Shown here: positions 41,075 through 55,659 of the stretch, one piece after another
Layout: each line of letters opens with the position of its first letter
How positions within the stretch are numbered: position 1 is the stretch's first letter
DNA from: Eledone cirrhosa
Taxonomy: Eukaryota
Assembly (NCBI GenBank): GCA_964016885.1
Contig: OZ024741.1
Span: 214,892,001 to 214,956,000 of the forward strand
Direction of reading: 5' to 3'
DNA length: 64,000 nt
Position numbers and translations under genes: made by a program
The notes under the pieces: model-generated
The model's input: the letters and a program-made list of their open reading frames with translations, nothing else
Database searches by the model: none
Told to the model about the DNA's origin: nothing

Positions 41075-41199
41075 TCCACTGATGAGTTTATAAGAGCCCG
41101 CTTGTGTATAAAACTATGGATTATAATACAAGTTTCTACATAACCTGGGAATTATTTATCCCAAATTGTAGAAATCTTATAACGAAACGGCCGTCTGGA
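41075..41199 (+). ncRNA. Type I hammerhead ribozyme with branched, extended stem II
   Basis: TCCA-CTGATGA-G.TTATAAGA...TCTTATAA.C-GAAA-CGGCCG-TC-TGGA; fully canonical core, GUC site. Confidence 0.88.
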
Positions 41200-41377
41200 A
41201 GGAAAGAGATATTTATTTAATAATATCTCATATAAAATAATACAACCAGCTATCCACGAAATACTGATTAGTTAGCACCCCAAATGCTAAATTGGGATAA
41301 TACTTAGGTATATCCTAATGTTTGTTGAGTTAGATGGAGTTGGTCGGAGTATCGCTTAAAGCTTTCTCTGTTTATGA

Positions 41378-41412
<35 letters not shown>

Positions 41413-41415
<3 letters not shown>

Positions 41416-41610
41416 TGATTACACAACAGTTAGTTCACCATACGGAGAACAATTGTTTCACCTTAGAGGATCCTCAGCTCGGATCCGCTAAGGTGAAACA
41501 ATTGTTCTCAGTATGGTGAACTAACTGCTGTGTAACCACTTCTACCTAACTCGTCCCATGGACTGAGTGCTCTACCACTACGGATATTACTTTCCAGTGT
41601 TCCACCACTA
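41413..41610. mobile_element. Small fold-back element with HHR (41445-41480, minus); relative at 60995-61175
   Basis: GAG-CTGAGGA-tCCT cta AGGt-GAAA-CAATTG-TT-CTC. Confidence 0.7.
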
Positions 41611-41794
41611 TATATATATATATATTTGAAGAATAATGACTTCACTTGTAGTGTTAAAATATTTTATTTAATTTTATAATATTATAAAATTAAATCAAAG
41701 TTTTAACACTACAAGTGAAATCATTCTTTTCCCTTTTTTCAAATACTGTACCAAGGATCTCACAAATTTTCGAATATATATATATATATATATA

Positions 41795-42419
<625 letters not shown>

Positions 42420-42639
42420 ATATACGCATATGTGTGTGTGTATGTGTCTATACATATACGTATTTATTTGTCATCTTTTTACATTACATTAATCTTATAT
42501 AGAGCTTGTTCTCTTGTTTAATTTGTTTTTCTCACAAATTCTCCTCCTATCCTCGATGTCGCTTCGTTTCGTATATCCTATGTTTCCATTTCTTCTTTTA
42601 CGTGTGTCCTAATTTATTTCCGCCTTTGCTTGTATAAGT

Positions 42640-42701
42640 ATATGTGTATTTGTAGCTCTCTGCGTGTGAGAGTTTATGTGCCTTCGTGGATCTCTGTGCG
42701 T

Positions 42702-42782
<81 letters not shown>

Positions 42783-43232
42783 AGTATATGTGTATTCGTG
42801 GCTCTGTGTGTGTATCAGTATATGTGTACTGGTGGCTCTGTGTTTGTGAGAGAGTATATGTGTACTGGTGGCTCTGTGTGTGTGTGAGAGTATATGTGTA
42901 CTGATGGCTCTGTGTGTGTGTGTGAGTATATGTGTACTGGTGGCTCTGTGTTTGTGTGTGAGTATATGTGTACTGGTGGCTCTGTGTGTGTGTGTGAGAG
43001 TATATGTGTACTGGTGGCTCTGTGTGTGTGTGTGTGTGTGTGTGTGCTTGTGAGAGAGAGAGGGAGTATATGTGACTTAGTGGCTGCGTGTGTGTGTTTG
43101 TGTGTGAGTATATGTGTCGTCTTGGCTCTGTGTGAGAGTGTGATAGTATATGTTTATTCGTGGCTCTGTGTGCGTGTCTATGTGTACGTATGTGTATGTG
43201 TGTATTTTTGTGTGTGTTCGCAACTATATGTA

Positions 43233-43285
<53 letters not shown>

Positions 43286-44620
43286 CGTTTGAAACTGAAT
43301 CCTTGCGTTTTCCTGTGTAATGTATCTGTTTGTGATTCGTGGCTCTGTGTGTGTGTCTATGTGTACGTATGTGTATGTGTCTGCGTTTTTGTGCATGTGT
43401 GTATTTGTGTTTGGGTGTGTGTGTGTGTATTTGTGTGTAATTGTGTGTGTGTATGATTGTATGTGTGTGTGTTTGTGTGTATGTGTCTCTGTTTTGGGGT
43501 ATGTGTGTATTTGTGTGATTACGTGTGTGTATGTCTGTATGTGTGTGTGTGTGTATGTGTGTTTAATTGTGTGTATGTGCTTGTATGTGTGTGTGTTTGT
43601 GTGTATGTGTCTCTATGTTTGTGTATGTGTGTTTTTGTGTGATTACGTGTGTGTATTTGTGTGTGCGTGTTTGGGTGTGTGTGTATGTGTGTGTGTGCGT
43701 GTATGTGTGTGTTCGTAACTATATATGTGATGTATGTCTATGCGTTTCTGACTCTGAATCCTTGAGTTTTCCTCTGCAATTTTATATATATGTGTGTGTG
43801 TGTGTATGTTTATGTGTGTGTATGTTTGTGTGTATGTGTGTATGTGTGTGTGTCCGTAACTATGTGTGATGTGGTGTGTGTCTCTCTGTAGATGCATGTA
43901 AATATATGTATGTATATGTGTCACTGAGTTCTTGTGTTTTCCTGTGTAATTGTGTATGAGTGTGTGTGTGTGTGTGAGTGTATATATATTTGTATGTGTG
44001 TGTGTGTGTGTGTATGTTTGTGTGCGTTTATTTGTTTGTGTCTGTATGTATATTGTGTGCATGTGAAAGTATATGTTTTTATCTCTGAGTCAGCTTGTCT
44101 TCGAATGTGTGTGTATATATGTGTGTTTGTACATATGTACGTGTATGTGTATGTGTGTGTTTGTGTAAGTGTGTGGTTACATATTTATCTTTTGTGTGTG
44201 TATGGTGTATGGGCATGTGTGTATGGGCATGTGTGTGTTTGTGTGTGTAGTTATATATTTTTCTTTTGTTTATGTGTATGTGCGTGTTTGTACAAGTGTG
44301 TGGTTATATATATTTATCTCTTGTATGTATGTGCGTGTATGTGTGTGTTTGTGTGAGTGTGTGGTTATATATTTATCTCTTGTTTGTGTGTGTGCTTATA
44401 TATATTTATCTCTTGTGTGTGTACATGCGTGTAAGTGTATGTGTCTGTTTGTGTAAGTGTGCAGTTATATATTTATCTCTTGAGTGTGTGTACATGCGTG
44501 TATGTGTATGTGTGTGTTTGTGTAAGTGTGTGGTATATATTTATCTCTTGTGTGTGTATATGCGTGTGTCTATGTGCATGTTTGTGTAAGTGTGTGTTTA
44601 TATATTTATCTCTTGTTTTC
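42640..44620. repeat. Degenerate (GT)n-rich tract with embedded short minisatellite units
   Basis: Repeated GAGTATATGTGTACTGGTGGCTCTGTGTG and TATATTTATCTCTTG units. Confidence 0.9.
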
Positions 44621-45606
44621 TGTGAATTCTCCGGGAGATAAGAGAAATTAAATTAAATTAGAACGAAATTAAATTAAATTATTCGCCCCAATATGGCAGA
44701 CACCGTCACCCTTGCTTATTTCAAAGCTCGTTCTCTTTTAAGACTTAATGTCAAACTTGTTAAATTTCTTTGTCCTTAATTTCGGTTTTATTTCCCTTTT
44801 TAATATATTTTATTTCAGTGAACCACGTGGCTTACATTTTGTGTGTGAAATGGGAAGTGGGAGCTGGTGATGGCTCTTAGAATTTTTTTTATTCTTATTT
44901 AATTGGTTGTTTGTATTTTTTTTATTGCTTTTATTTTATTGCTTAGTTAGAGTTGGCAAGTTGTCCCTCCTGACCTTTTAGGAAAAAGAATGTATTGGGA
45001 AAGTGGGAAACTAAGGGTTCATGATCCTTGGTTTTATCCTCTCACGGGAGACTTGGAACAAATGGTTACAACAGAATGTAAGTTTTCTGCTAAAGTCGAT
45101 AGATGGTCAGGTTAGGAGTCAACCAAAGTGCCAGGTCAAATACCGCAAGTCACTCACCAGGGCCCCGACTTAAACTAGTACTTAATTTCACTTGGGAAGG
45201 CAAAATGCAAGGTGTCTTCGGTAAGATTTAAAATCGGGACGTACCGAGCTGGAATAAATATCAAAAGCCATTTTATTGTCGCCTCGTACTTTTCTGATAA
45301 TTGGCTACCAATAACCAATACATCACCCATATTATATGGATATAGAAATCCTCATATCACTTCATATCATATGTCCTTCATATCACTTCATATCATATGT
45401 CCTTCATATCACTTCCTGTGAACTTAAAATATAGAACACTAAATCAGGACGGTTTACCTTCAGGCGTGCTGGACTGTAATACAACTTTATGGCCAGTACA
45501 GTGGTATGCTATGAAACATAAGGTAGCATTAACTATGTCGAGGAAACATCATTAGTATTTTAGTTATTTATTTGTTGATAATATAGTTCTTTCCTTCTTT
45601 GTTTCC

Positions 45607-45665
<59 letters not shown>

Positions 45666-45671
<6 letters not shown>

Positions 45672-45815
45672 ACTAGAAATTGATTAACATATAAATATAC
45701 ATGAATAATCACAGGAGATAATTTTTACAAGCCATGCGTGATTACACGCTTGTAAAAATTATCTCCTGTGATTATTCATGTATATTTATATGTTAATCAA
45801 TTTCTAGTTATTATA
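45666..45815. repeat. About 150-bp palindrome at the edge of an (AT)n tract
   Basis: Arms are reverse-complementary about ~45740; single-arm relative at about 46940-47030. Confidence 0.85.
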
Positions 45816-45926
45816 AAATGCTCGGATATATCTTTGAGCTTATTTCCAGGCGATATGGCGCACGCTGTTATGGCATGACACCCACAATTTCGATTTGGAT
45901 TTAATTCATTTAATTTATCTTAATTT

Positions 45927-45974
<48 letters not shown>

Positions 45975-46007
45975 AAAGAATAGAGGTGTAACACACAAGT
46001 TATTATA

Positions 46008-46478
46008 TATTGGTAAACGGAATAGAAAATGCTGACAAATTGTTCACAGTTGAAAAATGGTTTAATTAGGAATAAAAGAGTATTAGTGATTGTATGGGTT
46101 AGTATTCAGTTGTGGTTTTAAGTTTTTAAGTTTTTACCGGTTGCGCATTTCTAAATGCTTTTCAAAAATAATTTTGAGATAGAGTGTCCGTGTTGTTTGC
46201 TCTGATCCGTGTTGTTTGCTCTGATCTAAATGCTTTTCAAAAATAATTTTGAGATAGAGTGTCCGTGTTGTTTGTTCTGATCAGAGCAAACAACACGGAC
46301 GCTCTATCTCAAAATTATTTTTGAAAAGCATTTAGAAATGCGCAACCGGTAAAAACTTAAAAACTTAAAACCACAACTGAATACTAACCCATACAATCAC
46401 TAATGCTCTTTTATTCCTAATTAAACCATTTTTCAACTGTGAACAATTTGTCAGCATTTTCTATTCCGTTTACCAATA
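46008..46478. repeat. About 470-bp fold-back element with internal tandem duplication
   Basis: Inversion point CTGATCAG at ~46280; 46151-46206 is duplicated at 46226-46282. Confidence 0.85.
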
Positions 46479-46651
46479 AATATATATATATATGTATATA
46501 TATATATGCGTGTGTGTGTGAGTATAAGATAAATAAATACATATATATATATATATATAACGAAGGAAGTGTGGTAAGGAACCAGATGGACCATATATTG
46601 AGTAAAATGACAGGAGGCTGGACTGGTGAGATTCCTTCAAAGATTTATTAC

Positions 46652-46713
46652 AAACACTATGTACATTTCAATGACCAGGTTCTGTAGGATCCTGGTGACA
46701 TCATCAGTTGTTT
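46652..46713 (-). ncRNA. Type I HHR, relative of the 5712-5769 motif
   Basis: AAACAa-CTGATGA-..ACCAGG/CCTGGT..-GAAA-TGTACA-TA-gTGTTT. Confidence 0.72.
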
Positions 46714-47153
46714 ATTGCATAAAAGTTAACTCCGTTCTAGCACCACCAACAAGATTCAACATAAATGAAGATGGATGAGTTGCATAACGTCGCTTTTCCT
46801 AATATTACATCACGGTTGACTATACGGAATAACCAGTTCTATCCAGTGGGCAACCAACAAACCTATATATACATATATAAATATGTGTGTGTGTGTGTGT
46901 ATCATATATATGTATATCTATATGTATATATATATACTTATGTAAGAAATTGATTGACATATATATATATCTAAAATAAACATATGAAGCAATCACAGGG
47001 AATAATTTGTAAAGTGGGTAAGCACACACAGCTAGGTAGGTAACTAATTAAAGTTTAACTAGAACTTCAAAATATAAATACCTTTTAAAATGATTAATCT
47101 TCCTTGTATATATTTCCTCATCAATATATATATATATATGTAGATATATGTAA

Positions 47154-47235
<82 letters not shown>

Positions 47236-48371
47236 GTATGTATTGTATATATATATATATATGTGTGTGTGTATGTTTATGGTTGACTCTGTTTTTCCGT
47301 TGTCTTTGTCTTGTGAGTCCCTTGATTTGATTTCCTATTCGAAAGACTTAGCTATGCAGGTTTGTTTTAGAAACTATATATATGTGTATGGACCTGATAC
47401 TTCTGAAGGTGTCGTAAAGGTACTGCATTGACATATGGCGTTTCTGGGGCATTTTTTAAAACCTGATGATATTAATTTTTCTCCAGGCCTGAACACAGCA
47501 GATATCTTACAGAGAAGGATAGAGATCGAGAGAACCGATGTGAAGAAGAGATATAGAGGAAGGAATGGCCCCAATAGTAGAGGGCTAATTTTTTTAATTG
47601 ACCTCATATGGATGAAAGGTGAAATTGACCTCGGTTGGATTTGAACTCAGAGAGCAGAAAGCCGAAACAAATACCGCAAAGCATTCTATCCGACGTTCTA
47701 ACGCCTCTACCAATTCGCCACCTGAAAATACACACACACACACATGAAAATATATACATGCATACACACACGCATATATAGATGTATGCATATATGCACA
47801 CATACATGCAAACATACATATACGCATATATATATATATACATGCATACGTACATTCATACATACACACACACGTACGTACATCCATACATATACACATA
47901 CACACATACATACATACACACATACATACATGCATGCATACATACATACATATATTCATACATACATATATGTACATATACATATACGTACATACAGATG
48001 TTTGTGTACATATTTATTTACATACTATATATCAGAAGACATCCATTGACTGCAAATAACTTCCGTCTCAATAGTTTAGAGTGATTTAAGAGGAACTTAG
48101 TTCCATAGTTTTTTCTCTGTTTACAGATGTATTTTACTCGAGTTTCTAAGCTATTATTTATATCAATCGTCTGTCGTTACATTACATTTAGCGCTTGAGA
48201 TTTCTACATTTTTTAAGTATACACACTTATATACATACATACATGCTTACATACATAAATAAATAAATACATACATACATTTATACATACATAAATACAT
48301 ACATACATACATACATACATACATACATACATACATACATACATACATACATACATACATACATACATACA

Positions 48372-48845
48372 GGATTGCTGCAAATTCTGATAAGAGTATT
48401 GCAATCGCTTGTAACAGATCCTGAACAAGCAATGCCTGTGTTTTTGAAGGTTTTTTTAAAGTGGTGAAAGGCCTTGCACTCGACCAATCTCACTCTCTGA
48501 GCATCGGAAACACTACCTGAAAAGGAGAACTTGTCAACATCATGGGATGCTTCCGCAGCCGCAGGTTTTTTTTCCGAGTTTCCCTCTCTTAGAAAGGGGT
48601 TGTGACAACACTTGGTGTCCTTTCACTCCCAGGTAAAAAAAAAGTACTATTTGGATGACCGTTGGCTCTGGTGAGTTCCTCCGCACTTCGCTGGGCCTTG
48701 TATTTCATTCCGCAGGGGGTTCCAATATCGGCCTCCTCACCAAGCAAGCTTGGCGGGGTTGTCGGTTTATTCGCCGACGACCCGACCATGACACAGGTTG
48801 TACTGAGTTACATGTTACCAACAGCACTTGAGAGAGACCTGACAT
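48372..48845 (-). mobile_element. Bipartite non-autonomous RTE derivative (5'UTR-like part + 3' end)
   Basis: 3' end ACAAGCGATTGCAATACTCTT..GAATTTGCAGC matches RTE ends at 7755-7790 and 33100-33135; 5' part is homologous to 52000-52290. Confidence 0.7.
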
Positions 48846-48986
48846 AACTATACATACAAACACACATACACACATACATACATACACACATACATACATA
48901 CATACATACATACATACATACATACATACATACATACATACATACATACATACATACATACATACATACATACATACATACATACA

Positions 48987-51601
48987 GTGTGGCTAAAAGA
49001 AATCCGAAAGAACTATTGCTCCTACACTACAACAAAAACATACGAAATAAGTGAGGTTACCCTTGAGACTGTGGTAGGAAAACACCAGGAAGAGACATGA
49101 TTGTCGGCTACTGGTACAAAAAACTGATATTCTATCGGAGGTATCTTACTGACCTCTACCAACAAGTTCTTAAGGGAGATACACTTATACCAGAATGGTT
49201 GACATTAGCACAAACATTACTGGTCCCCAAGAACAAAGACACCCACTTTTCAAAAAACTACCGACACATTGCATGCCAGAACCTGATGTATAAGATGTAT
49301 ACAGCCTGCCTGAACCTATTCTTCCAAGATCACTGTGAAAATAATAACATCATCACAGATGAACAAGCAGCTGGATAGAAAGTGGTTTGGGGATGTGCTG
49401 AACAACTCCTAATCAACAAAACTGCGATGTCGGAGGTGCAAAAACTTAGGAGGAATATAACTACAGTATGGCTGGACTACAGGAAAGCTTTCGATTCTGT
49501 TCCCCCACTCTTGGATGATAGAGGCCCTCCAACTTGCTAAAGTCCCAGACATTATTGTCAGAACCATAGAGAAGCTGTCTTCTTCTTGGGCTACTATCCT
49601 AAGGTAAAAGACAGAGAGGGAGGACTCAATTTTCACTGACAAAATAAAATATCGCAGGGGTATATTTCAGAGAGACAGTCTCTTTGTGATATTATTCATC
49701 CTGTCATTAAACCCCTTGTCCTTACTGCTCAAGAAATGTGAAGGATATATCATTGGCTCACAGGAGGACATAAATGCGAACGTAACTCATAATTTATTTG
49801 TGGATGATCTGAAACTCTATACCAAGATCATGGATGTGATCAAGAAAAATGTTGACCTGGTTACAACGTTTTCAAAGAATATAGGAATGTAGTTTGGCCA
49901 AGATAAATGCTCATATATGACTGTAAAGCGGGGAAAAACAACAACCCAATCGAGCAACATTGTCATCAATGGCCTAACTGTTTCACCGATATCTGATGAG
50001 GACTGCTACAGATACCTGGGGATAGATGAGAATATATCCTATAATGGTATCTGTAATAAGGAACGCGTAACCAGGGAATACTACACCCGATTAAGAAAGA
50101 TTTGGTCTTCGGAACTCTCTGCGCAAAACAAAACAGTGGCTCACAATGTGTTTGCTGTGCCTGTCCTAACACCAGCGTTTGGAATACTCAATTGGACGAT
50201 AGACGAAATCCGAGCAGTTGATGTTGGAACTCGAAAAATACTAAACAACACCAGAAACTTCCACATCAACAGTGACATAGACCGCCTTTACTTGAAAATA
50301 AGCAGAGAGGCAGAGGCCTAACATCAGTCCAAGCAGCATTTGAATGTCGCATCATATCCCTCCGACATCTACGAACCACGAAGTGTAGGATCCCGTCTCT
50401 CGAGCAAGTCTATCTGCATGAAACAGATAAGATCATGAGCGTTGGGAAGGAACTCCTCCAGAGATATTCCCTGTGTGATAATCAAAAACTCACACCCAGG
50501 GAAGTCGCTCAGCAGTATCACAGTGAATCCATGGATGAAAAACTGCATGCTTGTCAGCAAAAAATCATGCATGGATATGTTGCCAGGAAGCTCCAGAGTG
50601 AGATTAATATAGATAAGGAAAGTAGTATATCTTGGACCAACAACCGCTATATTGTCTCCCACTTCGAAGGATACGCTTTTGCAATCCAAGAACAGGAGAT
50701 TAACACGAAATACCTGATTCACAAAAGAGATAGGGATGCAGGCAAAACACCTAGATGTGATAACAAGTGCAGACTCTGCAGAACTAACATCGAGGATATC
50801 ACCCATGTCATCAGCAGCTGTCCAAAGATCACATCGCGGTACTATCTACATATGAGGCACGATGTAGTGGCCAAAACACTGTACGATGCAGTCCGTAAAA
50901 TAGTTAGCCCCGATAATATACACATTAAAAGGTACAGCAATGTGGAAGACATCCACGTACATAATATGAAAGAGTACTGGTGGAATGTTCAAGTAAAAAC
51001 CCCAATAAAATGCAGGCATAACAGACCTGATATTATGATATGGGACAGGGAGAAGAAGGCATGCACAGCAGTGGAAATTAGCTGCCCAGCAGATGACAAT
51101 ATAATATCAAAGATTAGCGAAAAGGAGAATATTTATCCAGAACTGATGAGAAATCTGCAGATACTCCACCCTGATTACATCTTCAGATTTATGCCTGTGA
51201 TTATTGGGGCACTGGGGTATGTTAGTAACTGCCTCAATACAAATCTTGAGAAGCTAGGCTTCACAGGAACAGAAAGAACACAACTAGTTAGGAAATTACA
51301 AGTACAATCCTTTAATGGAACAGTAAAAATATGTAAAACATTCCAAAAAGTTTGCATCTAATAACTGCATATATACATGTACAGATACAAAGCATATACA
51401 CATGCACACATACAACTCAAAACATCCACATCCACACATACAATAACATCCACATCTACACATGCATGCATGCATGCAGACATACATATCTACCTAGTTG
51501 ATGTTGTGTAAATTCCAATGAGAGAGAGTTTTGTGTCTATGTTAGAAACCGATTCTCTGTCTATTGGGAAAAGAATTTGTGAAATTATAAAACCAGAAGA
51601 A
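48987..51601 (+). mobile_element. 5'-truncated, decayed R4/Dong-clade non-LTR retrotransposon (RT, CCHC, restriction-like endonuclease)
   Basis: NYRHIAC, WLDYRKAFDSV, LFVDDLKLY, CRLC..EDITHVISSC, RHD, RPDI..VEISCP..K..Y; flanked by (CATA)n on both sides. Confidence 0.92.
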
Positions 51602-51682
51602 CATACATACATACATACATACATACATACATACATACATACATACATACATACATACATACATACATACATACATACATAC

Positions 51683-52290
51683 ATGGTGGCTGCCAACTCG
51701 TTTTCGAGTACGGCCACTACTTTATATCTATGTAGGAGAACCCCTACCGATGCGCTGAACGAGTGTGACTTTTTAGTCCAGCCAGCGACTTAAAAACTCT
51801 GGTACAAACACTACACTTGTGACAATTATTGACACATAGTGCTGGGCCCATGGTACCATGTGATGACAAGTGCAGAGAGATCTCCAGATATAAAGCAATG
51901 CCTGTGCCGTGAAGCTCTTATAGTGAGCAAAGGCACTGCACAAAGCCAGTCCCACTCTCTTAACTAAGATGATATTTACCAAAAAGAAGAACAAGTCAAC
52001 ATCATTGGATACCATCAGGGTTGCAGGTGTTATATCAGAGTTTTCCTTCTCCTAGAATTCTGCCTTGACAAAGGCTAAGGGGTCATCTCTCCAGGTGATT
52101 TTGGATGGCCATTGACTCTTAAGAGCTCCTTTGACAGGTTTTGTTTTTAGTCCTGCAGGATGTCCAAAGTCACTCTCCTCACCAAAAAACCTTTGTGGGG
52201 TTGCCAGTTTAGACGCCAACGACCGGACCATGGGACAGGTTGTACTGGAATACATGTTACCAGTAACACCAACTGGTGACCTGACATACA
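51683..52290 (-). mobile_element. Bipartite non-autonomous RTE derivative
   Basis: 5'UTR-like part (52290-51995) is joined directly to a C2H2-encoding 3' end; the same two parts occur at 33160-33757 with the 5' part inverted. Confidence 0.75.
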
Positions 52291-52987
52291 CATACATACA
52301 TACATACATACATACATACATACATACATACATACATACATACATACATACATACATACATACATACCTGTGGATTGCAGCGTCTTCACAGACAATTGCC
52401 GTCTCTTATTGATTCTTCGTTATCATCCCATCTGCGTCCCTGACTTCATAGGTGACTTTCTAGGCTAGCTGTAGATCTGCATGGTTTACAACATATGTTA
52501 CAGAATATAGCTGTCCTTTCCACAGGACCGGTGTTGTCACCTTGTGGGACACAATCTTTATGTACCACCATGTGTCTTTTTAGTCCGGAACTGGTTCTAT
52601 ATATTTTGTTGCATATCACGCACGTTGTTTCGCCAGGTCTATGTTGGGTGATGGTGGGGATGGTTATCCTATCATGTGACTTCAGGTGATTAACATAACC
52701 AGCATTTAAGAAGAGTACACGCTGACAGAATGTGCATGTCCAACTACTATGGACTTCACCAGGAGTGTGACCACAACCTCTCCGGAGCTGACGCGTTAGT
52801 TCTTTATGTATGTGTGAGTGTTGGAGCTACATGCTGTCGCAGGTTTATGTCTATCCTTTTGGTTTTATTCCGGCGAATTCGTCTACATATACATATATAC
52901 ATAGAAACATACACTCATACATACGTGCATATCCACATTTTTGTATAAACCCGCTCGTCCCCTCAATCTATCTTATTTCTCATTCTT

Positions 52988-53023
52988 TCTTCCGATGAAG
53001 GACTACCGTCCGAAACGTTAAGA
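52988..53023 (+). ncRNA. Minimal type I HHR, U4C variant
   Basis: TCTT-CCGATGA-a-GGAC tacc GTCC-GAAA-CG-TT-AAGA. Confidence 0.72.
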
Positions 53024-53128
53024 CCCGCTTCCTGCTATTTCAAGCGTTAACCTAATATATCCCTTCCATATATTGTACCGATTGTGTTGTTATTTCTGTT
53101 TATCTTTTACACACACAGACACACACAA

Positions 53129-53189
<61 letters not shown>

Positions 53190-53190
<1 letters not shown>

Positions 53191-53720
53191 TAACTCATGT
53201 CTAAAGAATTAATCAGATATTAAAATATATACTATTTCTTCTTCTAATCAGCATAATTAACCATATACATAATCAAATCTAGCAAGCTTTAAGAATAAAT
53301 TTTCTAACGGGGAAATCTCCGACAAATAACTGATCGCAGCTAGTTCGCGTTAACTCCGTTCACCATTTATCAAACATTTCGGCAGCATGCAGAATCTGAT
53401 CAAATACACCGTCAACCGCACGTAATTAGTAGTAAAATTAAACTTAGAAGAAATGCGCACATACCGTAATTATATCTCTACCATGGTTTCTTCCTAGTTT
53501 AGGACATCCAAATAATATGGATATGCTTTTTTGAGTCAGGAATCTTCAGGAGACAAACTCAGAAATAGACATTTAATTTCTCAGACAGACCGCGCCAAAT
53601 TTAGATTCAAAAATGGCTAAGATCGCTATGTAGCTGTGTACCAGCCAGAGAGAAAGCGTGTGATTGGTCGCTTACGGCGGGTAGGCATGCTGCTAGAAAG
53701 CGCAGCCATATACCGCCAAA
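53190..53720 (-). mobile_element. Diverged copy of the 670-bp family; HHR at 53473-53555
   Basis: TGTCTC-CTGAAGA-TTCCTG...TAGGAA-GAAA-CCATGG-TA-GAGATA; collinear with 23120-23643. Confidence 0.78.
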
Positions 53721-54468
53721 TATATATATATATATATATATACAAAAAGTTATGAAACGAAAGGAGCTGTGTGGTTACTAAAAACAAGGTTTAGGATTGT
53801 GGTAGGACGGAACAGGAGGAGAAAGGAAGAAAGGAGTTTCCATCGTCAGGTGCAAATGTTTCCCGAACCGATGTTTCGGCGCTGAATTGCAGGACATCGG
53901 TGTAGTTCGGGTGCGCCCGAGGCCTTTTATTAATCAAAAGGCCAGGTGGAAAAGGAGAGAGAAAGAGAAAAAAAAGGGGAGAAAAAAAGAGAGAGAAAAG
54001 GAAAGAGAGGGAAAGGAGGAAGACCATGGGGGGGGGGGGGAGAAAAGGAAAGGAATAGGAGAAAAAAAGTGTACAGGTCCCATCGTGGGAAGACACAGGT
54101 GAAAGAAAGATGCAAAAAAGTAACCGTGGAAAAATAGGGAAAGTAAGTTGTGGTCAACCTGGGAGACTTTAGCCTGGTGGTCAGCTACGACGCAGAGCTG
54201 GTATAATCGTGCTGCCTCTCACATAGAGAGGGGAAAGTGAGAGAGAGACACGGGCAACCAAAAGTGAGGAGGAGAAGGGAAAGGGAGATAATCCAGAAGG
54301 GTTTTTTTTTACGACGGTGGTAAAAACGTGCCGCAAAGATTGCGAACAGAGAAGCCACCACGGCACGTGTAAACATGTCAACAATCGTAACCGAACGGAT
54401 GGATAGAGAGAGATTGGGAGATAGAAAAAAACGAGAGTGAGGAGGATATATATATATATATATATACA

Positions 54469-54527
<59 letters not shown>

Positions 54528-54647
54528 GTGTGTGTGTATGTGTGTGTGCGTGTGTGTATTTTTATATATATATATATACAAGTAAAAATTAGCGAGAATC
54601 GAATTTCAGCCCATGAAGTAACGAATATATATATATATATATATATA

Positions 54648-54724
<77 letters not shown>

Positions 54725-54943
54725 ATATATATATATTAATATATTTGTATTCATATGTATTGAAATTTACCGCTCACACATATACAACTTTATCTGGCCT
54801 CCTACGAGGTTGTATCTCATCGATTTCTTGGGTGTTTTAATGATATGGGTAGTACTCATATCATACATATTACACGTATGCATGATAAGTAAGTTGCCTG
54901 GTGTTTATATATCTGCGTGTTCATATGTGAGTGTGTGTACGTG

Positions 54944-54975
<32 letters not shown>

Positions 54976-54984
54976 AGTGTGTGT

Positions 54985-55059
<75 letters not shown>

Positions 55060-55659
55060 GCACCTACTAGCTGAGCGCAGGTAGCAATGGAGCCGTTAAA
55101 ACCTCCATTAAAGAAAGTAGTTTAGCAGATTTAGGAGATCTCGTGAAAAACTACAAATAATTGTAAAAGAGAAGTAAGATAAAATGGGCCGAGTTTGAAT
55201 AGCCACAGTCCATTTGTTTAATGACAGACCAATAGTCACGAGACTATTCCTAACATGATCGATTTGTATGTGATGTACTAGTGAATGATTCATTTTTTTT
55301 TTTTAACCGATGACCTATTTCAAAATGGCTGCTACCAATACTTTTCTTCGATCGGAAATAGTAATTTTATTGCTGATGTTGTCTTGTATGGCATTAGTTG
55401 TTTTGCTAGTGTATGTAATTCACTTTGTCGATATTCCAAGCGATATGAATCAGTTATTTATTGCGTCTCTCAAATATCATTATGTATCGTTTCAAGCAAA
55501 TTTGTTAAAATATAACCAAAGAACTGGGTCAGTAATTATAGTGTCATAGGATGAATAGCCACACTGATCTCTTAAATGTCATTGATTATATATGTGGCGA
55601 TATATCTGAATTCATAGTCGAGAGAACATATCTGACATAGTTGCAACTTTCATAATGCT

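Noticed and set aside
42630-44641. Many Cys/Val/Tyr/Ile-rich ORFs here and throughout the window
   Set aside because: Artefacts of (GT)n, (AT)n and (TATG)n microsatellites
53835-53915. HHR-like motifs on the minus strand (CCGATGT / CTGACGA with GAAA)
   Set aside because: Core and stem geometry are inconsistent; left unclassified
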